The notes under the pieces: model-generated | The model's database searches: none | Told to the model about the DNA's origin: nothing | Seen by the model: only the letters and a program-made list of their open reading frames with translations | Shown: positions 27,663-38,671 of the stretch, piece after piece | How positions within the stretch are numbered: the first letter of the stretch is position 1 | Layout: each line of letters opens with the position of its first letter | Source: a bacterium | GTDB taxonomy: Bacteria > UBA9089 > JASEIO01 | Length of the DNA stretch: 59,542 nucleotides | Assembly: GCA_030017475.1 (NCBI GenBank) | Contig: JASEIO010000003.1 | Coordinates: 1-59,542 of the forward strand | Reading direction: 5' to 3' | Position numbers and translations under genes: made by a program

Positions 27663-29078
27663 GTGTTAGATGATGTAATAACTACTATAACTCAATATAA
27701 TATGTTAGAATTAGAGGACAAGGTAATAGTGGCTGTTTCAGGTGGACCTGATTCAGTGAGTTTATTGCATATCTTATGGTGTTTGAAAGATAAATGGAGG
27801 TTGAATCTACATATAGCACATCTAAATCACTCACTTCGTGGAGAAGAGGCAGAGAAGGACGCATGTTTTGTAAAAGGGTTAGCTAAAAGGTATGGATTTC
27901 CAATTACCTTGCGTGAAGTTGATGTCTTAAAATGGAGTCAAGAAAAGAAAGTTTCCCTTGAGGTTGGAGCAAGAAGGTTAAGATACGAATTCCTCGTTGG
28001 GGTGGCTGAAAGTGTAAATGCGAGGAAGATTGCTTTAGGACATAATGCAAATGATAATATAGAAACCATTTTAATGAGGTTAATTCGAGGGACAGGTATT
28101 TGTGGTTTAAAAGGGATACCTCCTGACCGTTCGCTTAATGATAATTTAAAGATTATTCGTCCTTTGATTAATATTACCTCTCTTCAGATCAAAGATTACA
28201 TTGCGCAGAATAATCTAGAATATCGAATTGATTCATCTAACCTTAAACCCATTTATTTACGAAATAAGATAAGATTAGAACTCTTGCCACTTATGTTAGA
28301 ATATAATCGCAAGTTTAAAGAGGCATTGTTAAAGACAGCCTCACTTTGGGAGAAGGATGATGAATACCTTAACGAAATTGCAAGAATTGAATTCTCCAAG
28401 GCTTTGTTAAAAAGTAACAAAAGGATAATCCTTGATTTAGGTAAAATTACATATCTTCCCCAGGCTATTTTATCGAGGATCTTAAGAGAAGGGATTAGAT
28501 TAGCTAAAGGCAATTTAGAAAGGGTTACCTATCGCCATATAGCCCAGATTATAAGATTAATAGATAGAGGTCCTTCTCAGGGAGAGGTATATTTACCTGA
28601 CAGAATTAAGATCCAAAGAGAGTACGAGCATATTATAATCTATAGAGAAGAGGAAAAAAGGGATAGGGACAAAAAGATAGGTTTTGAATACCCAATAAAT
28701 GTACCTGGTGAAACAAGGATAATTTTCTTAAATACGGAACTTCAGACTGAAATTTTAGAAAGAGATTCTTCATTCTTCATCCCTCATCCCTCTCTAAATA
28801 TAGCCCATTTTGATTATGACAAGGTTAAATTACCCTTAATTCTACGGAGTCGCGCACCAGGAGATAGATTCACCCCTTTAGGAATGAAGGGTAGGAAGAA
28901 AGTAAAGGACTTCTTTATTGATTTGAAAATAGGAAAGTTAGATCGAGAGAAAATCCCTTTATTATTGGATAAAGAAGGGATAATTTGGGTAGTTGGATAT
29001 AGGATTGATGATAGGGTAAGAATCTCAAGAGATACCAAAAGGATACTTAAGGTCTCCTATCATGTATCTTGCGAGTAA
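27663..29078 (+). CDS. tilS: tRNA(Ile)-lysidine synthetase
   Basis: AVSGGPDS, HLNHSLRG, ARRLRY, GHNAND, RNKIRL, C-terminal KKVKDFFID. Confidence 0.96.
   Translation: MLDDVITTITQYNMLELEDKVIVAVSGGPDSVSLLHILWCLKDKWRLNLHIAHLNHSLRGEEAEKDACFVKGLAKRYGFPITLREVDVLKWSQEKKVSLEVGARRLRYEFLVGVAESVNARKIALGHNANDNIETILMRLIRGTGICGLKGIPPDRSLNDNLKIIRPLINITSLQIKDYIAQNNLEYRIDSSNLKPIYLRNKIRLELLPLMLEYNRKFKEALLKTASLWEKDDEYLNEIARIEFSKALLKSNKRIILDLGKITYLPQAILSRILREGIRLAKGNLERVTYRHIAQIIRLIDRGPSQGEVYLPDRIKIQREYEHIIIYREEEKRDRDKKIGFEYPINVPGETRIIFLNTELQTEILERDSSFFIPHPSLNIAHFDYDKVKLPLILRSRAPGDRFTPLGMKGRKKVKDFFIDLKIGKLDREKIPLLLDKEGIIWVVGYRIDDRVRISRDTKRILKVSYHVSCE
28765..28792 (+). repeat. Heptamer tandem repeat in tilS
   Basis: ATTCTTC x2 + ATCCCTC x2, encoding DSSFFIPHPS. 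Confidence 0.75.
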
Positions 29079-29106
29079 TACTTAAGAAATAAAGAGAGAA
29101 ATAATT

Positions 29107-30975
29107 ATGAATAAAGGAATTAGAAATTTAGCTTTATGCCTTTTAGTTGCCTTAGTTACATTTACCCTTTTCTACCATTCCCTTCAAATGTCTATTCCAA
29201 AACCCATCTATATAAATTATTCAGATTTTATAGACTATGTAAAAGAGGGGAAGGTTAAAGAGGTGGAGATTGTAGGAAGGAATATCAGAGGAGAGTTAAG
29301 AAAGGGATTTGCAATTATCCAGAATGGAAAGATATTGAAAAGAGATAGACAAATCTTTACTACATATATTCCTTATCAAGATCCCAATTTGCTTAGTCTA
29401 TTGAAGGGAAATGGGGTTGCATTTGGAGGAAAAGAACCTACATCTCCTACCTGGTGGAGTACATTTTATCCATTCCTTCCTATGGCTCTGATTTTAGTAA
29501 TATTTTGGTTGTTCATCTTTCACCAAATCAAAGGACATGGAATAAAGACCTTATCCTTTGGAAAGAGTAGAGCAAAGTTATTATCTGAAGAGAAACCAAA
29601 GGTCACCTTTGATGATGCTGCTGGAATCGATGAAGCAAAACAGGAATTGCGAGAAGTGATTGAATTTCTAAAGGATCCAAAAAGGTTTCAAAAGTTAGGG
29701 GCAAAGATCCCAAAAGGGGTTTTGCTAGTTGGTCCACCAGGGACTGGCAAGACACTTTTGGCTAAAGCAGTAGCAGGAGAGGCAGATGTTCCATTCTTCT
29801 CTATCTCTGGTTCTGATTTTGTAGAGATGTTTGTTGGGGTTGGTGCATCCAGGGTAAGGGATCTATTTGAACAAGGTAAAAAGAACGCCCCATGCATCAT
29901 CTTTGTTGATGAGATAGATGCTGTTGGAAGACAAAGGGGAGCTGGTCTTGGTGGAGGTCATGATGAGCGAGAACAGACCTTAAATCAGTTGTTGGTAGAG
30001 ATGGATGGATTTAATACCCAGGAAGGGGTAATAATAATTGCAGCTACAAATAGACCTGATGTCCTTGATCCTGCATTACTTCGACCTGGTAGGTTCGATA
30101 GACACATTGTGGTTGATACCCCAGATTTGATTGGAAGAGAAGGAATCTTGCGGGTTCATACAAAAGATAAGCCTTTATCTGAAGAAGTGGATATAAAGGT
30201 TATTGCAAGACGTATCCCTGGTTTTGTTGGATCAGATATAGCAAATTTAGTTAATGAGGCAGCCCTTTTAGCTGCAAGACGAGATAAAGAAAAAATAGAA
30301 ATGGCAGAGCTTGAGGAGTCAATTGATCGAGTAATTGCTGGACCGGAAAGGAAATCCCGCATAATTTCAGAGAAAGAGAAGAGCATTGTAGCCTATCATG
30401 AATCTGGCCACGCCTTGGTAGCAAAACTTCTTCCAGATGCTGATCCAGTACATAAAATATCTATTATGCCAAGAGGAGTAGGTGCTTTAGGATATACCCT
30501 GCAATTACCAATTGAAGATAGGTATATAACTACCAAATCTGAAATCTTAGATAAAATGACTGTACTTTTAGGCGGAAGGGTAGCAGAAGAATTGGTCTTT
30601 AATGATGTTACAACAGGATCAAAAAATGATTTAGAGAAGGCCACCGAAATAGCCCATAAGATGGTTTGCGAGTATGGAATGAGTGAAAATTTAGGACCTT
30701 TAACCTTTGGAAGGAAAGAGGAACAGATATTTCTTGGACGGGACATTGTAAAAGAAAGAAATTATTCAGAAAAGGTTGCCTCTGCAATCGATAAGGAAAT
30801 CCGAGGTATTGTGGAGATGAGTTATAATAAAGCCCGTCAATTATTAGAAAAGAATAGGAAAGCACTTGATAGGCTGGCCAATAGATTAAAAGAAAAAGAG
30901 GTTTTGGAAGGAGAAGAGATAGAGAAGATTTTGAAAGAAGAAAATAAGGTAGATATGGGAGAACAAAATGGGTGA
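29107..30975 (+). CDS. ftsH: ATP-dependent zinc metalloprotease FtsH
   Basis: 2 [38 protein letters not shown]. Confidence 0.98.
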   Translation: MNKGIRNLALCLLVALVTFTLFYHSLQMSIPKPIYINYSDFIDYVKEGKVKEVEIVGRNIRGELRKGFAIIQNGKILKRDRQIFTTYIPYQDPNLLSLLKGNGVAFGGKEPTSPTWWSTFYPFLPMALILVIFWLFIFHQIKGHGIKTLSFGKSRAKLLSEEKPKVTFDDAAGIDEAKQELREVIEFLKDPKRFQKLGAKIPKGVLLVGPPGTGKTLLAKAVAGEADVPFFSISGSDFVEMFVGVGASRVRDLFEQGKKNAPCIIFVDEIDAVGRQRGAGLGGGHDEREQTLNQLLVEMDGFNTQEGVIIIAATNRPDVLDPALLRPGRFDRHIVVDTPDLIGREGILRVHTKDKPLSEEVDIKVIARRIPGFVGSDIANLVNEAALLAARRDKEKIEMAELEESIDRVIAGPERKSRIISEKEKSIVAYHESGHALVAKLLPDADPVHKISIMPRGVGALGYTLQLPIEDRYITTKSEILDKMTVLLGGRVAEELVFNDVTTGSKNDLEKATEIAHKMVCEYGMSENLGPLTFGRKEEQIFLGRDIVKERNYSEKVASAIDKEIRGIVEMSYNKARQLLEKNRKALDRLANRLKEKEVLEGEEIEKILKEENKVDMGEQNG

Positions 30976-32170
30976 TTTTGCCACTATTGAGGAAGCTATA
31001 TCTTGTATCAAACGAGGAGAGATGATAATTGTAGTCGATGATGAAGACCGGGAAAATGAAGGAGATTTAGTTTTCGCTGCAGAACTCGTTACCCCGGAAC
31101 ATATCAACTTTATGGCCAAATACGGCCGAGGGTTAATCTGTTTGCCGATCATTGGAGAAAGATTGGATGAATTAAAGATCATTCCTATGGTTTATAATAA
31201 CTCTGATCCTCATGAAACAGCATTTACAGTATCTATTGATGCAAGATATGGAATAACCACAGGAATCTCTGCTTATGACCGCACAAAAACTATTAAAACT
31301 GTTATATCACCTGAGACACAGCCTGAAGACTTAACCAGTCCAGGTCATATGTTTCCATTAAGGGCAAAAAAAGGCGGAGTATTAGAAAGGGCAGGGCATA
31401 CAGAGGCAGCAGTTGACTTAGCCCGCTTGGCAAATCTATATCCAGCAGGGGTAATCTGTGAGATAATGGATGAAGATGGAAGAATGGCCAAATTACCCGC
31501 TCTTTTGAATTTTTCTAAGGTCCATAATTTAAAGATCATTACTATTTCGGATCTAATAAGCTATAGAAGAAAAACCGAGAAATTGATAAAAAGGGTAGTA
31601 GAAACAAACTTACCCACAGAGTTTGGGGATTTTAGATTGATATGTTACGAGTCCATTATAAATGAAGAACACCATATTGCCTTAATAAAGGGGGATATTT
31701 CCTCAAAGCCAAATGTATTGGTTAGGGTTCATTCTCGATGTTTAACTGGAGATACCTTCCTCTCCAAGAGATGTGATTGTGGGGAACAGCTTAGGGCATC
31801 CCTGGAATTGATTGAGAAAGAAGGAGTTGGTGTACTCCTTTATATGCATCAGGAAGGAAGAGGGATAGGTCTAATAAATAAATTGAAAGCATACGCCTTG
31901 CAAGATCAGGGCTTGGATACTGTAGAGGCAAATAAAAGGCTCGGCTTTAAACCTGATTTACGTGATTATGGAATTGGTGCCCAAATATTGGTGGATTTAG
32001 GTCTAACTACCATCAGGCTTTTAACCAATAATCCTAAGAAAATTGTTGGATTAGAAGGATATGGTTTACGTATTACGGAAAGAATACCTATTGAAGTACA
32101 ACCTCACAAATTTAACATAGATTATTTAATGACAAAAAAGGAAAAATTAGGTCACCTACTAAAAATATAG
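30968..32170 (+). CDS. ribBA: DHBP synthase / GTP cyclohydrolase II
   Basis: [38 protein letters not shown]. Confidence 0.97.
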   Translation: MGDFATIEEAISCIKRGEMIIVVDDEDRENEGDLVFAAELVTPEHINFMAKYGRGLICLPIIGERLDELKIIPMVYNNSDPHETAFTVSIDARYGITTGISAYDRTKTIKTVISPETQPEDLTSPGHMFPLRAKKGGVLERAGHTEAAVDLARLANLYPAGVICEIMDEDGRMAKLPALLNFSKVHNLKIITISDLISYRRKTEKLIKRVVETNLPTEFGDFRLICYESIINEEHHIALIKGDISSKPNVLVRVHSRCLTGDTFLSKRCDCGEQLRASLELIEKEGVGVLLYMHQEGRGIGLINKLKAYALQDQGLDTVEANKRLGFKPDLRDYGIGAQILVDLGLTTIRLLTNNPKKIVGLEGYGLRITERIPIEVQPHKFNIDYLMTKKEKLGHLLKI

Positions 32171-32251
32171 ATCGGGGACAGAAGAAGGGTCAAGGATTTT
32201 ACCTTAAACCTTAATCATATCATCTTATATTGGAGAGGAAAGGAGTTGTAA

Positions 32252-32473
32252 ATGGCTGAATTAAAAGAGGTTTGTAGATTGCAAAAGAATGCAACCACAG
32301 AATTCGTCTTTTCACTCACAGACTATAGAGGAGAAAATTATGTAGACATTAGAGAATGGGTGGAGACAGGAACCTATAAGGGGTTCACTAAAAAGGGTTT
32401 GCGTTTTAGAGCAGAGCTAGTGCAGGAATTTAGGGAGAAGATTCAAGAATTGGAAAATAAACTTAAAGGATAA
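32252..32473 (+). CDS. PC4/YdbC-family ssDNA-binding protein
   Basis: YRG..YVDIREW...TKKGL motif; AAAGGAG RBS. Confidence 0.8.
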   Translation: MAELKEVCRLQKNATTEFVFSLTDYRGENYVDIREWVETGTYKGFTKKGLRFRAELVQEFREKIQELENKLKG

Positions 32474-32477
32474 TGGA

Positions 32478-32951
32478 ATGGTTAAAGAATATAAAGGGGA
32501 ACTAATTGCCAAGGGGTTAAGATTTGGGATTGTGGTTTCGAGATTCAACGAATTTATAACCGAAAAATTACTTTCGGGAGCAGTAGATACCTTACTTAGA
32601 CATGGGGCAATGGAGGAGGATATAGAAGTTTTTTGGGTGCCAGGCTCTTTTGAGATTCCATATTTAGCTCGCATATTAGCCAAGGATAGAAAATATGATG
32701 CCATAATTTGTCTTGGAACGATAATTCGTGGAGAAACCCCTCACTTTAACTATATCTGCTCAGAGGTTGCTAAAGGAATAGCACAAACCTCTTTATCTAC
32801 CGGTACACCAGTCATCTTTGGAGTATTAACCACGGATACAACAGAACAGGCAATTGAAAGAGCAGGTGTAAAATCAGGTAATAAAGGACGGGATGCCGCC
32901 TTCTCAGCTATGGAAATGGTAAACCTCTATAGAAAGATCAATAGCCTCTAA
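32478..32951 (+). CDS. ribH: Lumazine synthase
   Basis: [28 protein letters not shown]. Confidence 0.97.
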   Translation: MVKEYKGELIAKGLRFGIVVSRFNEFITEKLLSGAVDTLLRHGAMEEDIEVFWVPGSFEIPYLARILAKDRKYDAIICLGTIIRGETPHFNYICSEVAKGIAQTSLSTGTPVIFGVLTTDTTEQAIERAGVKSGNKGRDAAFSAMEMVNLYRKINSL

Positions 32952-33003
32952 GTCGACAGCTAACAACTAAAAAGGCTTGCGGACTGTAATCCTGTAAGCT
33001 TAA

Positions 33004-33438
33004 ATGATGAGAAGAAAAGGAAGATCTTTGGCACTACAACTATTATTTGCTGTGGATTTGAGAAATGAAAAACTGGATGAGGTTAAGCGTACATTCCTTT
33101 TTGATAAGCATGTTCCAAAGGATGTAAAAGATTTTGTAGAAAGATTGTGTAACGGTGTCCAAAAAAACATCTCCTTAATTGACCACTTAATAACGACCCA
33201 CTGCGATAATTGGAAGCTCGATCGTCTATCCATTGTAGATAGAAATATTCTAAGAATAGCAGTTTTTGAAATTCTGTATTGTTCAGACATCCCTGATATT
33301 GTCTCTATAAACGAGGCCATTGAATTAGCCAAGAAATACTCTGGTAAAGAGTCTGGAAGATTTGTCAATGGGATTTTAGATAAAATAAGGGAGGAGAAAA
33401 ACCACAGAAATCAAGAAAAATCACAAAACTCAAGATAA
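33004..33438 (+). CDS. nusB: Transcription antitermination factor NusB
   Basis: DRNILRIA, INEAIELAKKY, FVNGILD; follows ribH. Confidence 0.95.
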   Translation: MMRRKGRSLALQLLFAVDLRNEKLDEVKRTFLFDKHVPKDVKDFVERLCNGVQKNISLIDHLITTHCDNWKLDRLSIVDRNILRIAVFEILYCSDIPDIVSINEAIELAKKYSGKESGRFVNGILDKIREEKNHRNQEKSQNSR

Positions 33439-33468
33439 ACACGTATAGAGATTTAGGAGGTTATTAGG

Positions 33469-36400
33469 GTGTTAAGGGTAGCAATTGTACAGATGGATTT
33501 TAATCCAGCATGTAGTTTTTCGGACATAAACTTTTTAGAGGAGCCAGTTTACACCCAGGATCCAAAAGATGGAATATCTACTTTAGACCTACCTGGATAC
33601 ACACAAGAGATCTCTACCTTTCGACGGAAGATTCGAACGAGTTATGAAAAAATGATGGAAAATAAAATAGAATATATCCTTTCTTTTTGCAAAGAGAAAA
33701 AGGTAGAGGTCCTGGTTTTTCCAGAATATTCCATCCCTGCATCCAGTCTCCGTTTATTAAAAGGTTATGCGAATAAAGGAATGTGTATTGTATGTGGAAG
33801 TCATACTGCATTAAAAGAGAATGAAAGATATTATCGGGAATTAAATATCTCCCCTGAGGAGGGGAGAAATATTTCAGTATGCCTTCTTCCAAATGATAAT
33901 AAGATTGGTTGGATAGAGAAACTATCCCCTTCACCCTGGGAAGAGGGAAAATTAGAGATTGGAGACAAATGGGGTTTAATTAAAGGAAAAGAGATAAGTT
34001 TTTTGGTATTTTTATCTATGGATTTTATTAATGAGACGAATGAGAATAGGCAAAGATTTGTTAAGAATAAACATTTTTATCAGGCAAATTTTGTTTGTGT
34101 TCCATCTTTTATGGAGGATGGGTCTTGTTTTGAGAAATCGGTTAAAAGATATATGGATGAGAATAAATATATCTCTGGATATAAAAAGGTTGTCCTGTAT
34201 ACCAATATCTCCTCCGCTGGTGGTTCTCAAATCCTTTTTCATTTTGAAGAAGGGACGGATATCTCTTCGTCCTTAGAGAAGGATGGCTCTTTTCAAATTC
34301 CGAAGGGGGATGAAGGAATCCTAATTATGGATTTAGATGTAAGGATTGGAACGCAATTTGTTAAGGAAAAACCAGTTCAGGTTTGTGTAGCTCCATTTGT
34401 CTATGAAGGGATTCTTCCAGGTTATAAGGATTTTATTCTGGAATATCAGAAAGAGAAGGCTTTGAAAGATAAAAGATCGGTTATTGAAAGGTGGGAGAAG
34501 GAGATTTTTTCGTGGTGGAAGAGTGAAACTGCTCCAAAAACCTTGATTAAAAAGATTGAAAACCTATTAACTGATTACTATAGACTTTCGGAAGAAAGGC
34601 TTGATTTTCTGCTTGATAATCGGGTCTTTCCAAAAGAAATTCCTACATTAAACGAATGGAGATTTGTAGTAATTGGAGAAACAATCGAATTTTTAGAAGG
34701 TTTGGCATTGGAAGTCAATCCTAAAGATAGGCTTACGGTAGAAAACAGAATAAGGTTCTATAAAAGACAACAACAAGTTCTTAAGAGAAAGGTAAGGGAA
34801 GATTACCTACACTCCTTTTATTTAGTGAAAAAAAGGGAAGGTAAGATACAAAAAGAGGAAGAGGAGGCGTTCATCTGGGCATATAAGGATTTTTCAAAGC
34901 TTCCACAAGTCCCCTCGGTGACTGGAAAACTTTTAGGAAGACCAATCTTACGTCCTCATGAGGTAGAAAGGTGTTTTATGACCACACGTGCTATAAAGCA
35001 ATTTATTAAAGGATTTAAACTCCGAAGTTACCTATTTCTCTCTCCTTCAGGAACTGGTAAAACCAGTTTCCTTTCCTATTTGAGTCTCCAGGTCTTAAAA
35101 AATGAATATACTCCAATTTGGATAAAGGTTTCAGAAAGGCTCCCTTCATATAACCTATTGTTCGAACAATTGCCTAAAGATAAACTTGTTCTATTCTTTG
35201 ATGATATCCATAAGAATAGATATATTGTAGATCTATTATCTGAAATCAAAAAAAGACACCCTAAGCTTCCTATCATCTGTACGGCTAGACCGGACGGATT
35301 TTTGCAACTTAAAGAAAAATGGGAGATAATCAAAGATAAGTTTCAGGAAGAAAACCTCCCCGGATATTTAGAAAAGGAGGATGTAGAAGAGATAATTTCC
35401 ATATTCGACCTATCCAAGGAAGAAAGAAAGATAATTCTATCTAAAGGAGAGCTTCCATTTATACATTTGACTATACTCTATGTTCAGAAAGAGGTAGTAA
35501 AAGGATTACCAGAAGACCCCTTGCGGATATTTCAAGCTATTTACAATTCATGCTCGGATGAAGAAAGATTTGTCTTAAAGTTTTTAACCTATTTAGATTT
35601 TGCAAAAAAAGAGGTATTACTTGAAGCCATGAGGCATTTTGGAATTGAAGGGCATGCCTTAGATAGACTACTAAAAAGGGATATCATCTACTTTGATTCT
35701 ATCAAATGTAGTCCTGATTTCACCCAAACAGAGGTTTTAACTACCTTCAGTGACCTAAAGGTGGTTACTGAACAACACACCTTCCATTATGAACGGATAA
35801 AGGTACTCCCAGATATCTTCCTTTCGACTGTAAAGGAGCGGGAAGGAATAATCTCTTTATTAAAAAGATATGAAAGATTTGATTATAGACAAAGAGACCG
35901 ATATGTGGAATTATTAAGAGAGAAAAAGGAGGATATATCAGTTTTATGGATAATTAGTAATTTGGCAAAGAAAAGGGCTGAGTTATTGGAGATAGCTGAT
36001 TTTGCATTAAACTGTAAAAGGGATGCGAATCTATCAGAAATCCTTTATAATTTTGGCCTCGGGTTTACTTTCCAAAATATGATTGATCGGGCAATAGAAT
36101 GCTATGAGATCGCCTTAGAGATTTCTCCAAATAATCCCTCTATCTTGTTTAACTTAGGATTGGCCTTTGGAAAGAAAGGAGAGATGGAAAAAGAAAGGGA
36201 ATGCTTTGAGCGGGCATTACAAATCTCTCCAAATGATCCCACTATTTGGTTTAACTTAGGAATCTCTTATGGAAAGAAGGGAGATGAGAGGCATGAACGG
36301 ATGTGTTTTGAAAAGGCAATAGAAATCTCTCCTAACGATCCTATGATCTGTTATAAATTAGGGATCTTTTATGAAAGGAATAAACAAATGGATAAGGCAA

Positions 36401-36948
36401 TCGATCATTATGAAAAGGCAGTAAATATAGATCCAACCTATCATTTACCTTGGTTTAACTTAGGGATTATTTGTCAAAATAAAGGAGAGCTTGATCGTGC
36501 CTTAATCTGTTTCAAGAAGGCGCTCTCTTATAGATTAGATGATGCCATGGGTTGGTATTATTTAGGCGAGATTTTTAAGGCGCTTAACGATACAGATCGA
36601 GCAATTAAATGCTTTGCTAAGGCAATATCCCTTGATACAGAATATGGAGATGCATGGTACTCTTTGGGAATTGCCTATAGAGATAAGGGGAAAGATGCAC
36701 TATCTTTACAATGTCTTGAAAGAACGACAAAAATCGATTTAGAAAATGCCCAGGCCTTTCATAACTTAGGGATCGCTTACAGGGATAGAAAGAGATTAGA
36801 GAGGGCTTTATCGTGTTTTGAAAAGGCTACATCCTTAAATCCAAAAGATGGGACCTATTGGTACAATTTAGGAGTTACCTATCGAGATAAGGGAAAAACC
36901 AAAAAGGCAATCGAATGCTTTGAAAAGGCAAAAACATTAAGGGGATAA
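33469..36948 (+). CDS. Carbon-nitrogen hydrolase-fold / STAND-like P-loop NTPase / TPR protein
   Basis: RVAIVQ, VLVFPEYS, EKL, LSMDF (nitrilase fold); SPSGTGKT, LFFDDIH, IICTAR (NTPase); nine 34-aa TPRs at the C-terminus. Confidence 0.8.
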   Translation: MLRVAIVQMDFNPACSFSDINFLEEPVYTQDPKDGISTLDLPGYTQEISTFRRKIRTSYEKMMENKIEYILSFCKEKKVEVLVFPEYSIPASSLRLLKGYANKGMCIVCGSHTALKENERYYRELNISPEEGRNISVCLLPNDNKIGWIEKLSPSPWEEGKLEIGDKWGLIKGKEISFLVFLSMDFINETNENRQRFVKNKHFYQANFVCVPSFMEDGSCFEKSVKRYMDENKYISGYKKVVLYTNISSAGGSQILFHFEEGTDISSSLEKDGSFQIPKGDEGILIMDLDVRIGTQFVKEKPVQVCVAPFVYEGILPGYKDFILEYQKEKALKDKRSVIERWEKEIFSWWKSETAPKTLIKKIENLLTDYYRLSEERLDFLLDNRVFPKEIPTLNEWRFVVIGETIEFLEGLALEVNPKDRLTVENRIRFYKRQQQVLKRKVREDYLHSFYLVKKREGKIQKEEEEAFIWAYKDFSKLPQVPSVTGKLLGRPILRPHEVERCFMTTRAIKQFIKGFKLRSYLFLSPSGTGKTSFLSYLSLQVLKNEYTPIWIKVSERLPSYNLLFEQLPKDKLVLFFDDIHKNRYIVDLLSEIKKRHPKLPIICTARPDGFLQLKEKWEIIKDKFQEENLPGYLEKEDVEEIISIFDLSKEERKIILSKGELPFIHLTILYVQKEVVKGLPEDPLRIFQAIYNSCSDEERFVLKFLTYLDFAKKEVLLEAMRHFGIEGHALDRLLKRDIIYFDSIKCSPDFTQTEVLTTFSDLKVVTEQHTFHYERIKVLPDIFLSTVKEREGIISLLKRYERFDYRQRDRYVELLREKKEDISVLWIISNLAKKRAELLEIADFALNCKRDANLSEILYNFGLGFTFQNMIDRAIECYEIALEISPNNPSILFNLGLAFGKKGEMEKERECFERALQISPNDPTIWFNLGISYGKKGDERHERMCFEKAIEISPNDPMICYKLGIFYERNKQMDKAIDHYEKAVNIDPTYHLPWFNLGIICQNKGELDRALICFKKALSYRLDDAMGWYYLGEIFKALNDTDRAIKCFAKAISLDTEYGDAWYSLGIAYRDKGKDALSLQCLERTTKIDLENAQAFHNLGIAYRDRKRLERALSCFEKATSLNPKDGTYWYNLGVTYRDKGKTKKAIECFEKAKTLRG

Positions 36949-36950
36949 TA

Positions 36951-37712
36951 ATGGATGCAACTTGGCAGAAAAGCGTAATCTGTCCAGTATGTGAGGCAGA
37001 ATTTACAACAGAGAATGTAAGACAAGATGCAATAAGGGTGAAAGGAAGAGATACAGATTTTATGGTTTACTACGAAGGTATAAATCCAAATCTGTATCTT
37101 GTTTGGGTATGTCCAAAATGTTACTATGCAGCATTAAGAGATGACTTCCAAACCTTAACCAAAAAGGAACAGAAGATTTTGCAAGACACTATAAGTAAAA
37201 GATTCAGTATATCAAAAATGGCTGATTTTACAAAGGAAAGGGATGAGATTTTAGGAATATTAAGCTATGAATTAGCTGGTTTTTGCTATGAGCAGAGGAA
37301 ATCATCTAATGAAAAACTGGCGAGTATCTATTTAAGAGAGGCATGGGTTGCTCGGGAAATTGGTGATTGGGATGTGGAGCATGAATGCCTGGAGAAAAGT
37401 TCTTCTTTCTATAAAAAGGCATTTTATGAAGACTATGATTTGAAAATGGCAAAATCTGAGATCATGTATCTTATAGGAGAGATAAGTAGAAGATTAGGAA
37501 ATTATGAAGAGGCCATAAGTTATTTAGCAAAGGTCTTTGAGGATAAGGGGGCTAAGCAAAAAATAGCTGACTTAGCTCATAATCAATATTATTTGGCTAA
37601 AAAGGACTTAGAAGAGTTAAGAGAAGGTGTTTCATCAGGCGAGACTTCGCATGATGAACTTTTGGAGATAGTAATAAAAGACGCAGCAAAGGATCTATCC
37701 GACATAGAATAA
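36951..37712 (+). CDS. DUF2225-family protein (zinc ribbon + TPR-like helices)
   Basis: CPVC, DTDF...Y..INP..Y.V.VCPKC, YLIGEISRRLG. Confidence 0.85.
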   Translation: MDATWQKSVICPVCEAEFTTENVRQDAIRVKGRDTDFMVYYEGINPNLYLVWVCPKCYYAALRDDFQTLTKKEQKILQDTISKRFSISKMADFTKERDEILGILSYELAGFCYEQRKSSNEKLASIYLREAWVAREIGDWDVEHECLEKSSSFYKKAFYEDYDLKMAKSEIMYLIGEISRRLGNYEEAISYLAKVFEDKGAKQKIADLAHNQYYLAKKDLEELREGVSSGETSHDELLEIVIKDAAKDLSDIE

Positions 37713-37780
37713 CAGCTGTAAGGATTAAGTTTTTTATCTGCTTACAGCTTACGACTTATAGCAACTTGGAGAGATATGAG

Positions 37781-38608
37781 ATGTATTGCGATTTACATAT
37801 CCATACTACCTATTCTGATTCATCATTGACACCAAAAGAGGTTGTTGAGGAGGCAAGTCGTATAGGATTAACAACTATTGCTATCACTGATCACGACACC
37901 GTAGACGGAATACCGGAGGCAATAGAATGGGGTAAAAAATATGAGATAGATGTAATCCCAGGGATTGAACTATCTACTGATATAGGAAGGGAAGAGGTTC
38001 ATATCTTAGGGTATTATATTGATTGGGAAAATGAGCAATTTAACCGTAGGTTACACGAATTTAAGATTTCGAGACAAAAAAGGGCCCATTTAATAATCAA
38101 TAGATTTAAAAAACTTGGCATTGAAATTGATTATAAAAGAGTTGCCCTCCTTGCTGGCGAAGGAATTATAGGAAGACTTCATATTGCCAATGTTCTGAAA
38201 GAACAGGGAGTGGTGGCTTCAATAAAAGATGCCTTTTCTGAATATCTGAATTATGGGGGATTATGCTATGTAGAAAAGTTTCGCCTAACACCTGAAGAGG
38301 CAATAGAAATGATAAAGTGTGTTGGCGGAATACCAGTCTTGGCTCATCCTTATCATAATAGATATAATAACCTTATCCCTAAATTAATAAAGGTTGGGTT
38401 AGAGGGATTGGAGATATACCACCCTGAACATTCTCTGGAAATCCAGTTGTATTATGAAAAGTTAGCAAGAGACTATCGCCTTATTCCTACTGGTGGCTCA
38501 GATTGTCACGGAACAATGAAAGGTGGAGAAATTCTACTTGGAAATGCAAAGGTACGTGATGAAATAGTAAAAAGGTTGAAACGTTTCAATCAGTACAATC
38601 AGAAATAG
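37781..38608 (+). CDS. PHP-domain phosphoesterase (TrpH/YciV-like)
   Basis: DLHIHT, ITDHD, HILGY, LAHP, GGSDCH; probable ATG 37781. Confidence 0.92.
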   Translation: MYCDLHIHTTYSDSSLTPKEVVEEASRIGLTTIAITDHDTVDGIPEAIEWGKKYEIDVIPGIELSTDIGREEVHILGYYIDWENEQFNRRLHEFKISRQKRAHLIINRFKKLGIEIDYKRVALLAGEGIIGRLHIANVLKEQGVVASIKDAFSEYLNYGGLCYVEKFRLTPEEAIEMIKCVGGIPVLAHPYHNRYNNLIPKLIKVGLEGLEIYHPEHSLEIQLYYEKLARDYRLIPTGGSDCHGTMKGGEILLGNAKVRDEIVKRLKRFNQYNQK

Positions 38609-38671
38609 GAAATTTTATAATCGTGGATCAAATCTCATTATTATAGTAGAAATGTTACTGCTACCTGTCTT

